From: Gemmatimonadales bacterium
GTDB lineage: Bacteria; Gemmatimonadota; Gemmatimonadetes; Gemmatimonadales; GWC2-71-9
Reading direction: 5' to 3'
NCBI GenBank assembly: GCA_035699205.1
Contig: DASSBA010000081.1
Coordinates: 2,273-66,272 of the forward strand
DNA length: 64,000 bases
Part shown: in pieces, positions 28,101 to 37,889 of the stretch
How the letters are laid out: each line of letters begins with the position of its first letter
Numbering within the stretch: the stretch's first letter is position 1
Position numbers and translations under genes: made by a program
The notes under the pieces: model-generated
Told to the model about the DNA's origin: nothing
The model's database searches: none
Seen by the model: the letters and a program-made list of their open reading frames with translations, nothing else

Positions 28101-28769
28101 ATGCAGCGCTTCGACTGCTCCGCTATCCTGTTCGATCTCGACGGTGTCCTGGTGGACTCCGCCGCTTTCGTCGAACGGCAGTGGCGCCGCTGGGCCACGG
28201 CCCGCGGGCTCCGGCCGGAGCCGTTCCTGCGGGTCTGCCATGGCCGCCGCGCTCTGGAAACGATCCGGATCGCCGCGCCGGAGCTCGACGCCGAGGCCGA
28301 GGTCAGGGCCTTCCAGCCGGAGGACGCGGAGGACGCCCAGCCGATCGCTCCGCTGCCGGGCGCCGGCCGCCTCCTCTCGGCGCTCCCTCCCGGGAGCTGG
28401 GCCGTGGCGACCTCGGGTCCCCGATCGAGCGCCACCGAGCGGCTCCGCCGGGCTGGACTGCCGGTGCCGGAGGTGCTGGTCTGCGCCGAGGATGTGGCCA
28501 GCGGGAAGCCGAGTCCCGACGCGTACCTGCTTGCGGCTCGGCGGCTCCAGGTCGTGCCGGCCGGTTGCCTGGTCGTGGAGGACGCACCCGCCGGGATCGA
28601 CGCCGCCCGCGCCGCCGAGATGCGCGTCATCGCCCTCACCACAACCTACCCGACCGACCAGCTCCCGGCCGACGCCTGCGCCCAATCGCTCGCCGGCGTC
28701 CACCTTGGCCGCGTGGACCACAATCCCCACGGCCTCCCGCAGTTGGAGATCCTGGTAGTAGAAGCCTGA
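28101..28769 (+). CDS. HAD-superfamily hydrolase
   Basis: LFDLDGVLVDS (DxDG), ...SGKPSPD... and VVEDAPAGI motifs. Confidence 0.8.
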   Translation: MQRFDCSAILFDLDGVLVDSAAFVERQWRRWATARGLRPEPFLRVCHGRRALETIRIAAPELDAEAEVRAFQPEDAEDAQPIAPLPGAGRLLSALPPGSWAVATSGPRSSATERLRRAGLPVPEVLVCAEDVASGKPSPDAYLLAARRLQVVPAGCLVVEDAPAGIDAARAAEMRVIALTTTYPTDQLPADACAQSLAGVHLGRVDHNPHGLPQLEILVVEA

Positions 28770-28804
28770 AGCTACCCGGCTGACCACCGCTCCCCGCTCA
28801 CCTC

Positions 28805-29704
<900 letters not shown>

Positions 29705-29845
29705 GGGTCGGCGGGCCTCGGCTGGGGACTCCGGAATATCGCCGGGGGCCGGGCGGTGTGTCAGAACGGCATCGGCGGCTGCCGGGAATCTCCGTTCGAG
29801 TGGGTCGAGAAAGCTCGCGAGCGCGGCATGGTATTGAATGCGCTC

Positions 29846-31204
29846 TCAGACGGTCCGGGAAAGGCGCTCCAGAGCGCCCGCGGCCGCATACGCATCGAGC
29901 TCCATCGCGAGATTGCGCAGGAAGAAACGGCCGGTGGTGGTGACGACGAGCCGGTCCGGCTCGAGCCGCACGAAACCTTCGTCGGCAAACGGACGAAACC
30001 GCGCGAGCGGGTCCTCGTCGCCGCCAAGCGATGCCAGGCAGGCGTATGGGAGCTCCAGCGTGCAGAGCAGCCGGTCGATCGCCGCGCGGCGCACCCGGTC
30101 GTCCCGGGAGAGCGCGTGGCCGCGCACGATGGGCAGTGTGCCGGCATCGATCGCCCGCTGGTACCGTCCGAGATGGGCGTCGTTCTGCACGAACCGGCCG
30201 TCCACCTCCCCGATGCCGCTCGTCCCGAACGCCAGCAGGTGTGGCGCGGGGTCGGGAACGTAGCCCATGAAGTTGCGGCGCAGCCTGCCGTCGTCCAGGG
30301 CCAGCGACAGCTCATCGCCCGGCCGGGCGAAGTGGTCGAGCCCGATCCACTGGTACCCGGCCGCCGTGAGCGCCTCGACCGCCAGCCCGAAGAGCGCGAA
30401 CCTCGCGTAGCGATCGGGGAGCGCGGCCCGGATCCGGCGCTGGTTGGGCCGCGCCCACGGGACGTGCGCGTAGCCGAAACAGGCGATCCGGTCGGGTGCC
30501 ATCTCGATCACCCGCTGCAGCGTGCGGGCGAATGACGCCTCGGTCTGCGCCGGCAGCCCGTAGACCAGGTCGAAATTCACGCTGGAGAAGCCGAGGTCCC
30601 GCGCGGCGTCGCGCAATTCCTCCACCCTGGCCTCGGACTGGATCCGGCCGATCGCCTCCTGCACGCCAGGGTCGAAATCCTGGACCCCGACGCTCAACCG
30701 GTTGAAGCCGAGCGCCCGGAGCAGGCCGAGCTGCTCGACCGATGCGACCCGCGGGTCGATCTCGATGGCGGTCGGGGCGTCCGGCGCCAGCTGGAAGCGC
30801 TCGTGCAACGCGTCGGCCAGTTGTTCCATGGCGGCCGGTCCCAGGAAGTTGGGGGTGCCGCCGCCCCAATGGACCTCCGCCGCCCGACGGCGCGCACCGA
30901 GCGCGTCGCAGACCATTCCCATCTCACGAATCAGGCGGCCGACGTAGGCCTGCTGCACGTGATCGTGGCGGGTGACCGTGGCGTTGCAGCCGCAGTACCA
31001 GCAGCGCGCGACGCAGAACGGGAGGTGGAGGTACAGGGCGACGGGGTCTTCCGGGAGCCGAGCCAGGTGGCCCAGCGCCTCGCGGTAGTCACGCTCACCG
31101 AAGCTCGCGCTCCAGCTCGGGATCGGGGGGTAGCTGGTGTACCGCGGGCCGGGTCGGTCGTAGCGGTCGAGCAGCTCGCGGGGAATCGTAGCGGCGTCGG
31201 GCAT
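29846..31204 (-). CDS. hemN: Oxygen-independent coproporphyrinogen III oxidase (radical SAM)
   Basis: N-terminal YDRPGPRYTSYPP, radical SAM CVARCWYCGC. 452 aa. Confidence 0.85.
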   Translation of the reverse strand: MPDAATIPRELLDRYDRPGPRYTSYPPIPSWSASFGERDYREALGHLARLPEDPVALYLHLPFCVARCWYCGCNATVTRHDHVQQAYVGRLIREMGMVCDALGARRRAAEVHWGGGTPNFLGPAAMEQLADALHERFQLAPDAPTAIEIDPRVASVEQLGLLRALGFNRLSVGVQDFDPGVQEAIGRIQSEARVEELRDAARDLGFSSVNFDLVYGLPAQTEASFARTLQRVIEMAPDRIACFGYAHVPWARPNQRRIRAALPDRYARFALFGLAVEALTAAGYQWIGLDHFARPGDELSLALDDGRLRRNFMGYVPDPAPHLLAFGTSGIGEVDGRFVQNDAHLGRYQRAIDAGTLPIVRGHALSRDDRVRRAAIDRLLCTLELPYACLASLGGDEDPLARFRPFADEGFVRLEPDRLVVTTTGRFFLRNLAMELDAYAAAGALERLSRTV

Positions 31205-31263
31205 ACCCCAGCCTACACTGGCGGACCGAAGATTCGGTGAAGCGCGAATGAAACCGCCGAAAT

Positions 31264-31306
31264 GGAGCGCGCCCTCCCGCCGGTTCCGGGCGGGAAGGCG
31301 CGCTCC
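31264..31306 (-). terminator. Strong stem-loop immediately after small ORF C
   Basis: Arms GGAGCGCGCCCTCCCGCC / GGCGGGAAGGCGCGCTCC form an 18-bp stem. The single imperfection is a G-U pair on the minus-strand RNA. Followed on the minus strand by ATTTCGGCGGTTTCATT. Confidence 0.65.
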
Positions 31307-31327
31307 AACCTGGTGCGACGGAGAGCC

Positions 31328-31477
31328 TTACTTCGGCTTGGCCGTCATCGGCGCGATCCGCTCCTCGAGCTCCTCGACGCCGAGCTCGATTGCCCGGGCG
31401 TCCTTCCCCGTGGCGGCCTTGACCTGGGCCTTCTGCTCTTCGGTCAGCTCGATGCGGATGTGATTCTGGTCGGACAT
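31328..31477 (-). CDS. Small ORF C, 49 aa, paralog of ORFs A/B
   Basis: MSDQNHIRIELTEEQKAQVKAATGKDARAIELGVEELEERIAPMTAKPK. AGGAG lies 6 nt upstream of the ATG. Corresponds to the C-terminal part of track ORF 31328..31759. Confidence 0.65.
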   Translation of the reverse strand: MSDQNHIRIELTEEQKAQVKAATGKDARAIELGVEELEERIAPMTAKPK

Positions 31478-31520
31478 GGTGTGCTCCTGGCGTGGGTGGC
31501 GACCGGACGACTCGGCAGAC

Positions 31521-31553
31521 AGTCTACGGCGCCTGCGTGAATTCAGGGTGAAT
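31521..31553 (-). promoter_or_regulatory. Heptamer direct-repeat promoter of small ORF C
   Basis: Minus strand reads ATTCACC-CTGA-ATTCACG-CAGGCGCCG-TAGACT, with the same spacing as the ORF-B promoter. Confidence 0.6.
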
Positions 31554-31584
31554 CTGCCAGCGCCGACCGTGATTTTCCGCGGGA

Positions 31585-32658
31585 TCACCCCTCCGGGGCC
31601 CGGAGCTCCCTCGCGTAGTCCGGGAATCGGAACCGCATCTCGCTTCCCAGCACGCCCCCATGGGCCAGGTCGGCCAGGGCGGCCGCGGTGAGCGCCTCGC
31701 CGGTGAGCAGGCGGGGGAGGACCAGGTCTGCGGCGGTAGCCATCGTGAACATCCCGCACTGCGGCAGGCCGAGCAGCCGGCTCCCGTCGAGCTCGGCCAG
31801 CCAGATCATCGAGCCGGGGTGCGCCGGCACGCCGCGCCGGAGGACCCGGCCGCCGAGGGCCTCCAGCGCGACAAAGAACGGAGACAACGGATCCCCCGCC
31901 GAAACACCCCCCACCAGCACCACGGGAAGCCGGCGCTCGCGCACCGATTGAACCAGTGCCGTTTGCGCGTCCCGCTCGGCGGCCGCCGGGTCGGGGTCGC
32001 CCACCACGATCGTACCCGCGAAGCGGGACCCGAGGGCTTCCACCTTCCGCCGCGCGACCGTCTCGAACCGCTCGAGCGCCTCGGCGCTCAATGCTTCCTC
32101 CGCGATCGCGCCCACCTCCAACGGACGGTAGGGCCGGACGTCCACCAGCGGCGCGGCCACCCGCGCCAGCGCCTCACCCGACTCGACCAGGCTCTCCGCG
32201 ATCACGTGAGGCGCCACCTTCACCGACGCCACCGTCTCCCCGGCCACGACCGCCTGCCCGTGATAGATCGTGAACACCTCGAGCGCGTCCAGGGTGTTGA
32301 GCCGGGTGAGCTCCGGGACCCGCACGTGGACGACGCCATCCCACCGGGCCGTGAGGTCGAGGCGGCTCTGCCGCGGCGTTCCCGCCGCGACGCCCGGCCC
32401 TCCCACCGCGCGTGCCAGCCGCCCGGCGGCCTCGTCTTCGTGGAGGTCGCCCGGCTCCGGCCAGGCGAGCGGCACCGGCCCGGTGAGCGTTCCGGTACGA
32501 GCGGCCCTGCTGAGGCGCTCGGCCATCGGCGTGTCCACCCGCGTGCCCTTCGGCAGCCGGCCCCCGTCGAGTCGCACGGGGGCCAGCAGCACCGCGCCGG
32601 TGAGCTCGTTCGCAGGGGCGGCGGCGAGATCGGCGGGGGTGAGGCGTCTGGCCCGCAT
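31585..32658 (-). CDS. Molybdopterin-binding (MoCF-biosynthesis/MoeA-like domain) protein
   Basis: Motifs VVLVGGVSAGDPLSP and GVPAHPGSMIWLAEL. Sits in the cox-type maturation cluster. Confidence 0.6.
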   Translation of the reverse strand: MRARRLTPADLAAAPANELTGAVLLAPVRLDGGRLPKGTRVDTPMAERLSRAARTGTLTGPVPLAWPEPGDLHEDEAAGRLARAVGGPGVAAGTPRQSRLDLTARWDGVVHVRVPELTRLNTLDALEVFTIYHGQAVVAGETVASVKVAPHVIAESLVESGEALARVAAPLVDVRPYRPLEVGAIAEEALSAEALERFETVARRKVEALGSRFAGTIVVGDPDPAAAERDAQTALVQSVRERRLPVVLVGGVSAGDPLSPFFVALEALGGRVLRRGVPAHPGSMIWLAELDGSRLLGLPQCGMFTMATAADLVLPRLLTGEALTAAALADLAHGGVLGSEMRFRFPDYARELRAPEG

Positions 32659-32664
32659 CCCGGT

Positions 32665-33114
32665 TCAGCTCTCGCCGACCCGCCGCGCGAAGTCGGTCCA
32701 GAACTGCTCCGTGAGCCGGCGAGCCGTGCCTTCGAGCAGGCGCGCCCCGACGCTCGCCACGGTGCCGCTGACATCACTGGTGGCCGTCCAGCCGAGCCGG
32801 GTTCTGCCGTCGCCCGCGTCGTCGAGGCGAAGCGCGGAGAGCACGTCCACCGCCGAGCCGGGCGCCTTGCCCCGGGCGCGCATCTTGAGCTCCCGCCCCT
32901 CGACGATGTCGAACAGCTCGACGTCGAGCTTGAACTTCACCTTCACCGCGCCGACGCCGAGTGCCGAGATCACCTTGAAGTGAGTCGGATCGACCGTCTC
33001 GACCGACTCGACGCCCGGACCCGAGGCCGCGACGAAATTCGGGTCCCGCAGCTTCTCCCAGACCTTCTCGCGGGAGGCGGTGATCTCGGGGGCGCCGGAG
33101 AACTCGAGTTTCAT
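32665..33114 (-). CDS. coxG: CoxG-like SRPBCC protein
   Basis: MKLEFSGAPEITASREKVWEKLRDPNF... and the full-length pattern of the CoxG family. ATGA overlap with the upstream gene. Confidence 0.8.
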   Translation of the reverse strand: MKLEFSGAPEITASREKVWEKLRDPNFVAASGPGVESVETVDPTHFKVISALGVGAVKVKFKLDVELFDIVEGRELKMRARGKAPGSAVDVLSALRLDDAGDGRTRLGWTATSDVSGTVASVGARLLEGTARRLTEQFWTDFARRVGES

Positions 33115-33710
33115 GGCCAGGATCCTTCGAGGGTGTGAAGGTCGGCGGGAGTATCCACGTCGGGGTTGCGGCCGGCCACGTCGATGAAGGCGGCACCCGG
33201 AGAGTGCGGGGAAATGACCGCGGCGAGCCCGGCATCGCCCTCGAGCCGCTCGGCCAGCGGCCAGACCGAGCGGTCGGCCAGAACGGGGTGGCCCGGCTCG
33301 CCGGGCGCGTCGGCGTAGCGTGGCCGGATGAGCACGCCGCGCCGTTCACGCCAGGCGCCGATGAGCTCCGCGAGCACGTCGAGCCGGACCAGCGGCTGGT
33401 CGGCCAGGAGCAGGATGGCGGCGCCGGCGTCGGCCCCGAGCGCCGCCAGGCCGAGCCGGAGCGAGCTCGACAGGCCGCGGTCCGGCGCGTCGTTGGCCAC
33501 CGTTCGGACACCCGCGGCTCGCGCCAGCTCCGCCAGGGCGGCGTCGCCTCCCGCCATGACCAGATGGCCGCCGGTCACGAGCCCGACATCACACGCCCGG
33601 CGCACCAGCTCGAGCACGTACGCCACGAGGGGCCGGCCATGCAGCGGCGCGAGCAGCTTGCGGCCGCCGAACCGGCGTCCGCCACCGGCGGCGAGTATCA
33701 CCGCCGCCAC
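33111..33710 (-). CDS. MobA-like NTP transferase (molybdenum cofactor cytidylyltransferase, MocA-like)
   Basis: VAAVILAAGGGRRFGG and LLLADQP motifs. GTG 33710 is preceded by GGGAGG. Confidence 0.75.
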   Translation of the reverse strand: MAAVILAAGGGRRFGGRKLLAPLHGRPLVAYVLELVRRACDVGLVTGGHLVMAGGDAALAELARAAGVRTVANDAPDRGLSSSLRLGLAALGADAGAAILLLADQPLVRLDVLAELIGAWRERRGVLIRPRYADAPGEPGHPVLADRSVWPLAERLEGDAGLAAVISPHSPGAAFIDVAGRNPDVDTPADLHTLEGSWP

Positions 33711-33736
33711 GCCTTCGACGCCTCCCGCCAGGGCGG

Positions 33737-34594
33737 CTACTTCGCCCGCGCGAGCGCCTGCTCGAGCGCCCGGCGGACGATGACCTGCGTCAGGTGTCGG
33801 CGGTACGGCGCGGGCGCGTGGATGTCTCCCTGGATGTCGATCCCGTCCACCGACGCGGCCGCCACCCGGGCGAGCACCTCCGGTTCGGCCTTGGTGCCGA
33901 CGAGCTGGTCGGCGGCCGCGACGAGCTGGGAGACCTCGCCCACGCCGGTGAGCGCCACGACCGCGTGGCTCACCGTCTTCCGGGTCCGTGCCACCACCAC
34001 CGCGGCGCCCGCGAGCGCATAGCCGGAGGCCGCCTGGTCCTGGCTCAGGTACGCGGTGCCCGCGCCCCGGGGGAGGCCCGGCAGGACGATGTCCAGCAAC
34101 AGCTCGTCCTCGGCCAGCGCGGTCGCGAACGGCCCCTGGAAGAACTCGCGCGCGCGGATGGCGCGGCGGCCGCGCCGGGAGCGGACGTTGAATGTGGCGT
34201 CGAGCGCCAGCATGACCGACGGCATGTCCGAGGCGGGGTCGGCGTGGGCCAGGCTCCCGCCGATGGTGCCGCGGTTCCGCACCTGCCGGTCGCCGATGTT
34301 CTCGGTGCACTCCGCGATGATCGGGAAGCGCTCGCGCAGGAGCTCGCTGTCGAGCAGCTCGCGGTAGGTGGTGAGGGCGCCGATCCGGGCCCCTTTCCGG
34401 TGTTCGGCCACACCGCGCAATTCGGCGAGGCCGCCGATGTCCAGCAGCGTCGTGGGCTGGGCCAGGCGGAACTTCATGACCGGGATCAGGCTGTGCCCGC
34501 CCGCCAGCACCTTGGTGCCGTCGCCCTTGGCCAGCACGCCCAGCGCGTCGCGGAGCGAGGCGGCGCGCACGTAGTCGAAGCTCGTCGGGATCAC
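33737..34594 (-). CDS. coxM: FAD-binding medium subunit of a molybdenum hydroxylase
   Basis: FDYVRAASLRDALGVL...VLAGGHSLIPVMKFR. GTGA overlap with the coxL stop. Confidence 0.85.
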   Translation of the reverse strand: MIPTSFDYVRAASLRDALGVLAKGDGTKVLAGGHSLIPVMKFRLAQPTTLLDIGGLAELRGVAEHRKGARIGALTTYRELLDSELLRERFPIIAECTENIGDRQVRNRGTIGGSLAHADPASDMPSVMLALDATFNVRSRRGRRAIRAREFFQGPFATALAEDELLLDIVLPGLPRGAGTAYLSQDQAASGYALAGAAVVVARTRKTVSHAVVALTGVGEVSQLVAAADQLVGTKAEPEVLARVAAASVDGIDIQGDIHAPAPYRRHLTQVIVRRALEQALARAK

Positions 34595-37044
34595 CGGACG
34601 TTCTCCTTTCCCGGGCCCACGGCGCCGGGAACGACCTGCGCGTCCGCGGGGCCCGCGTCCGGCTCGATGCCGGGATGGCCACCGCCGGCTCCGTTCCCGC
34701 CGCTCCTGGCGGCCTGGATCGCGGCCCACACGCGCGCCGGCGTGAGCGGCTTGTCGATGTGGGCGATCCCGAGCGGCGCGAGCGCGTCGCACACCGCGTT
34801 CACCAGGCACGCCGCCGACGCGATCGTCCCGGCTTCGCCGCAGCCCTTGATGCCCAGCGGGTTGACGGGCGACGGCGTCACCGTGTGATCGAGCTCCAGG
34901 CGCGGCATCTGGCTCGCCCGCGGGACCGCGTAGTCCATCATGGTGCCGGTGATGAGCTGGCCGTCATCGTCGTAGATGGCAATCTCCTGCAGCGCTTCGC
35001 CCAGTCCCTGGATCACGCCGCCGTGGATCTGGCCCTCGACGATCATCGGGTTGATGTGCGGGCCGCAGTCGTCCACGGCGATGTAGCGGAGGATCTTGAC
35101 CTCGCCCGTGTCCGGGTCCACCTCGACGGTGCAGACGTGGCTGCCGAACGGGTAGACGAAGTTGCTCGGGTCGAAGAACGCCGAGGCCTCGAGCCCCGGC
35201 TCCACGCCCGCGGGCATGTTCCAGGCGACGTTGGCCATCAGTGCCACCTCGGCGAAGTTCTTGGCCTGGTCGGGCGACCCGCGCACCCGGAACGCGTCGT
35301 CCTTCCACTCGACGTCCTGCTCGTTGGCTTCGAGCAGGTGCGCGGCGATCTTCCTGGCCTTCTCCTTGACCCGCCGCGCCGCCACCTTGACCGCCGAGCC
35401 GCAGACCGCGGTGGAGCGGCTGCCGTAGGTGCCCCAGCCCTGCGGGGTGGTCTCGGTATCGCCGTGCACGATCTCGACGTTCTCGACCGGATAGCCGAAC
35501 TCCTCCGCCACGATCTGCGCGAACGTGGTCTCCTCGCCCTGACCGTGCGGGCTGGCGCCGATGTACACCCGCACGACGCCCGTGGGATACACGCGCACGA
35601 CCGCCGAGTCGTACAGCCCCCCGCCGAAGCCCACCGCGCCGGCCACCTGCGACGGCCCCAGGCCGCAGATCTCGATGTAGCTCACGACGCCGACGCCGAG
35701 GTAACGCCCCTGCTTCCGCGTCTCCTCCTGCTGCCGCCGGAACGCCGCGTAGTCCAGGAGCTTGAGGGCCTTGTCGAGCGCCGGCTCGTAGTCGCCCGAG
35801 TCGTAGGTGATCCCCGTGGCGACGGTGTAGGGGAACTGGTCCTTGGGGATGAAATTCTTCCGGCGCACCGCGGTGGGGTCCATGCCGATCTTGCGGGCGT
35901 AGAGGTCCACCAGGCGTTCGACCAGGTACGCCGCCTCCGGGCGGCCGGCGCCCCGGTAGGCGTCCACCGGCGCGCCGCTGGTGTACACGCCGTAGACCGT
36001 GCCGAGGATGTTGGGAATCCGGTAGGCACCCGAGTAGACCAGGCCGTGCAGGATGGTCGGGATGCCCGGACCCGCGGTCGAGGCGTAGGCGCCGAGGCCG
36101 GCGTAGACTCTGGTGCGGATGGCGGTGATCGTCCCATCCTTCGTGCCCGCCATCTCGACGTATTCGACGTGGTCGCGGCCGTGGATGGTCACCTTGTAGT
36201 TCTCGGAGCGGTCCTCGGTCCACTTGACCGGCCGGCCGAGGTCCATCGCCGCGAAGCTCACCAGCGCCTCGTCGGGGTAGGCGGGGATCTTGCTGCCGAA
36301 CCCGCCGCCCACCTCCGGCGCGATGACCCGGATCCGGTGCTCGGGCAGCTTGAGCATGACCGAGCACAGGAACCGGTGGATGTGCGGGTTCTGGCTGGTG
36401 GCCCAGAGGGTGAGCTGGCCGCTTCCCTTGTTGTAGCTGGCCACGGCGGCCCGGCATTCCATGGCGGTCGGAAGCAGCCGCTGCTGGACGATGCGCTGCT
36501 CCACCGTCACCTCGGCGGTGTTGAACGCCTGCTCGGCGTCGCCGCCGGCCACCACCCAGGTGAACGCGACGTTGTTCGGAACCTCGTCGTGGAGCTGGGG
36601 GGCCCCGGGCTGCGCCATCTTCTCGGGGTCCACGCCCCCCTGCAGCGGATCGTAGTCCACTTCGATCAGGTCGATCGCGTCCCGCGCGGCCGCGCGCGAC
36701 TCGGCGACGACCATGGCGACGCCGTCACCCACGTAGCGCACCTTGTCGTACGCGAGCAGGGGGTGCGGCGGGACCTTGAGATCGCAGTTGGGCGGGTTCC
36801 ACGCGCAGGGCACCGGGACGACCTTGTCCTTGATGTCGGCGCCCGTGTAGACCGCGACGACGCCCGGAGCCTGCCGCGCGGCGCTCACGTCGATCGAACC
36901 GAGCCGCGCATGGGCGTAGGGACTCCGCAGGATGGCGGCGTAGGTCAGTCCGGGCAGCTTGACGTCGTCGACATAGGTGGCGGCGCCGGTGATGAGCCGG
37001 GGATCCTCGCGGCGCTTGATGGCGGACCCGAACAGCGTAGGCAT
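34591..37044 (-). CDS. coxL: Molybdopterin-binding large subunit, form II CoxL-like (aldehyde oxidase/xanthine dehydrogenase family)
   Basis: 817 aa. Active-site loop reads AYRGAGR (the form II signature) rather than the form I AYxCSFR. Confidence 0.85.
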   Translation of the reverse strand: MPTLFGSAIKRREDPRLITGAATYVDDVKLPGLTYAAILRSPYAHARLGSIDVSAARQAPGVVAVYTGADIKDKVVPVPCAWNPPNCDLKVPPHPLLAYDKVRYVGDGVAMVVAESRAAARDAIDLIEVDYDPLQGGVDPEKMAQPGAPQLHDEVPNNVAFTWVVAGGDAEQAFNTAEVTVEQRIVQQRLLPTAMECRAAVASYNKGSGQLTLWATSQNPHIHRFLCSVMLKLPEHRIRVIAPEVGGGFGSKIPAYPDEALVSFAAMDLGRPVKWTEDRSENYKVTIHGRDHVEYVEMAGTKDGTITAIRTRVYAGLGAYASTAGPGIPTILHGLVYSGAYRIPNILGTVYGVYTSGAPVDAYRGAGRPEAAYLVERLVDLYARKIGMDPTAVRRKNFIPKDQFPYTVATGITYDSGDYEPALDKALKLLDYAAFRRQQEETRKQGRYLGVGVVSYIEICGLGPSQVAGAVGFGGGLYDSAVVRVYPTGVVRVYIGASPHGQGEETTFAQIVAEEFGYPVENVEIVHGDTETTPQGWGTYGSRSTAVCGSAVKVAARRVKEKARKIAAHLLEANEQDVEWKDDAFRVRGSPDQAKNFAEVALMANVAWNMPAGVEPGLEASAFFDPSNFVYPFGSHVCTVEVDPDTGEVKILRYIAVDDCGPHINPMIVEGQIHGGVIQGLGEALQEIAIYDDDGQLITGTMMDYAVPRASQMPRLELDHTVTPSPVNPLGIKGCGEAGTIASAACLVNAVCDALAPLGIAHIDKPLTPARVWAAIQAARSGGNGAGGGHPGIEPDAGPADAQVVPGAVGPGKENVR

Positions 37045-37053
37045 GATCGCTCC

Positions 37054-37560
<507 letters not shown>

Positions 37561-37678
37561 GGACGCGGGCTCCTTGACTGCACGGGGCGGGATACGGCCG
37601 GAGGCGTGTCGGCGGGTCGTCTGTCACCATAAGCTTGTCACGCCCGAAGTGGGGGTCAAGGTTGGCCGGCGCGCGGCC

Positions 37679-37707
37679 TTGACCCGCCGTGCCTCCCCCG
37701 ATAAAGT
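37679..37707 (+). promoter_or_regulatory. Sigma70-like promoter of tRNA-Asn
   Basis: TTGACC-17 nt-TAAAGT, ending about 25 nt upstream of the tRNA 5' end. Confidence 0.5.
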
Positions 37708-37731
37708 GCCTGTCCCCGTTCGACATGACCT

Positions 37732-37804
37732 TGGGGTGTAGCTCAATCGGCAGAGCGCCCGGCTGTTAACCGGGAGGTTGCTGGTTCGACCCCAGCCGCC
37801 CCAG
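37732..37804 (+). tRNA. tRNA-Asn (anticodon GTT)
   Basis: Hand-folded cloverleaf. Acceptor TGGGGTG/CGCCCCA, D stem GCTC/GAGC, anticodon stem CCCGG/CCGGG with loop CTGTTAA, T arm GCTGG-TTCGACC-CCAGC. CCA is not encoded. Confidence 0.9.
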
Positions 37805-37806
37805 TC

Positions 37807-37889
37807 GAAGGAAGTCGTCAGTCGTGGGTCGTGGTGTTCGCGTCTGGAAGCACCAACGACTTACGACTTACGACTTACGACTCACGACC
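37807..37889. repeat. Tandem-unit hairpin element E4 (7-nt unit AAGTCGT / ACGACTT)
   Basis: Left arm 37812-37836 and right arm 37851-37876 (about 21/25 plus one bulge). The right arm carries 4-5 tandem units and encodes the last codons and stop of aceB. Confidence 0.75.

Noticed and set aside
29846-31204. HemN as a radical-SAM maturase for the adjacent small peptide C (a RiPP pair).
   Set aside because: The protein has the full canonical HemN N-terminal signature (YDRPGPRYTSYPP) and length (452 aa), typical of coproporphyrinogen dehydrogenase. A strong terminator hairpin separates the two genes. Adjacency alone is insufficient.
31328-31759. The 143-aa track ORF as the real gene at the ORF C locus.
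   Set aside because: Its first 94 aa or so are Arg/Pro/Gly-rich and would cover the heptamer promoter. The internal ATG at 31477 has an AGGAG RBS and yields a protein collinear with ORF B.
34591-37044. Calling the cluster an aerobic carbon monoxide dehydrogenase.
   Set aside because: The active-site loop is AYRGAGR (form II) and the gene order is S-L-M. CO oxidation is not established for form II enzymes, so only a generic molybdenum hydroxylase call is made.
37732-37804. tRNA-Asn as an integration site flanked by a genomic island.
   Set aside because: No integrase, no direct repeat of the tRNA 3' end, and no mobile genes within the flanks (the cox cluster on one side, aceB on the other).
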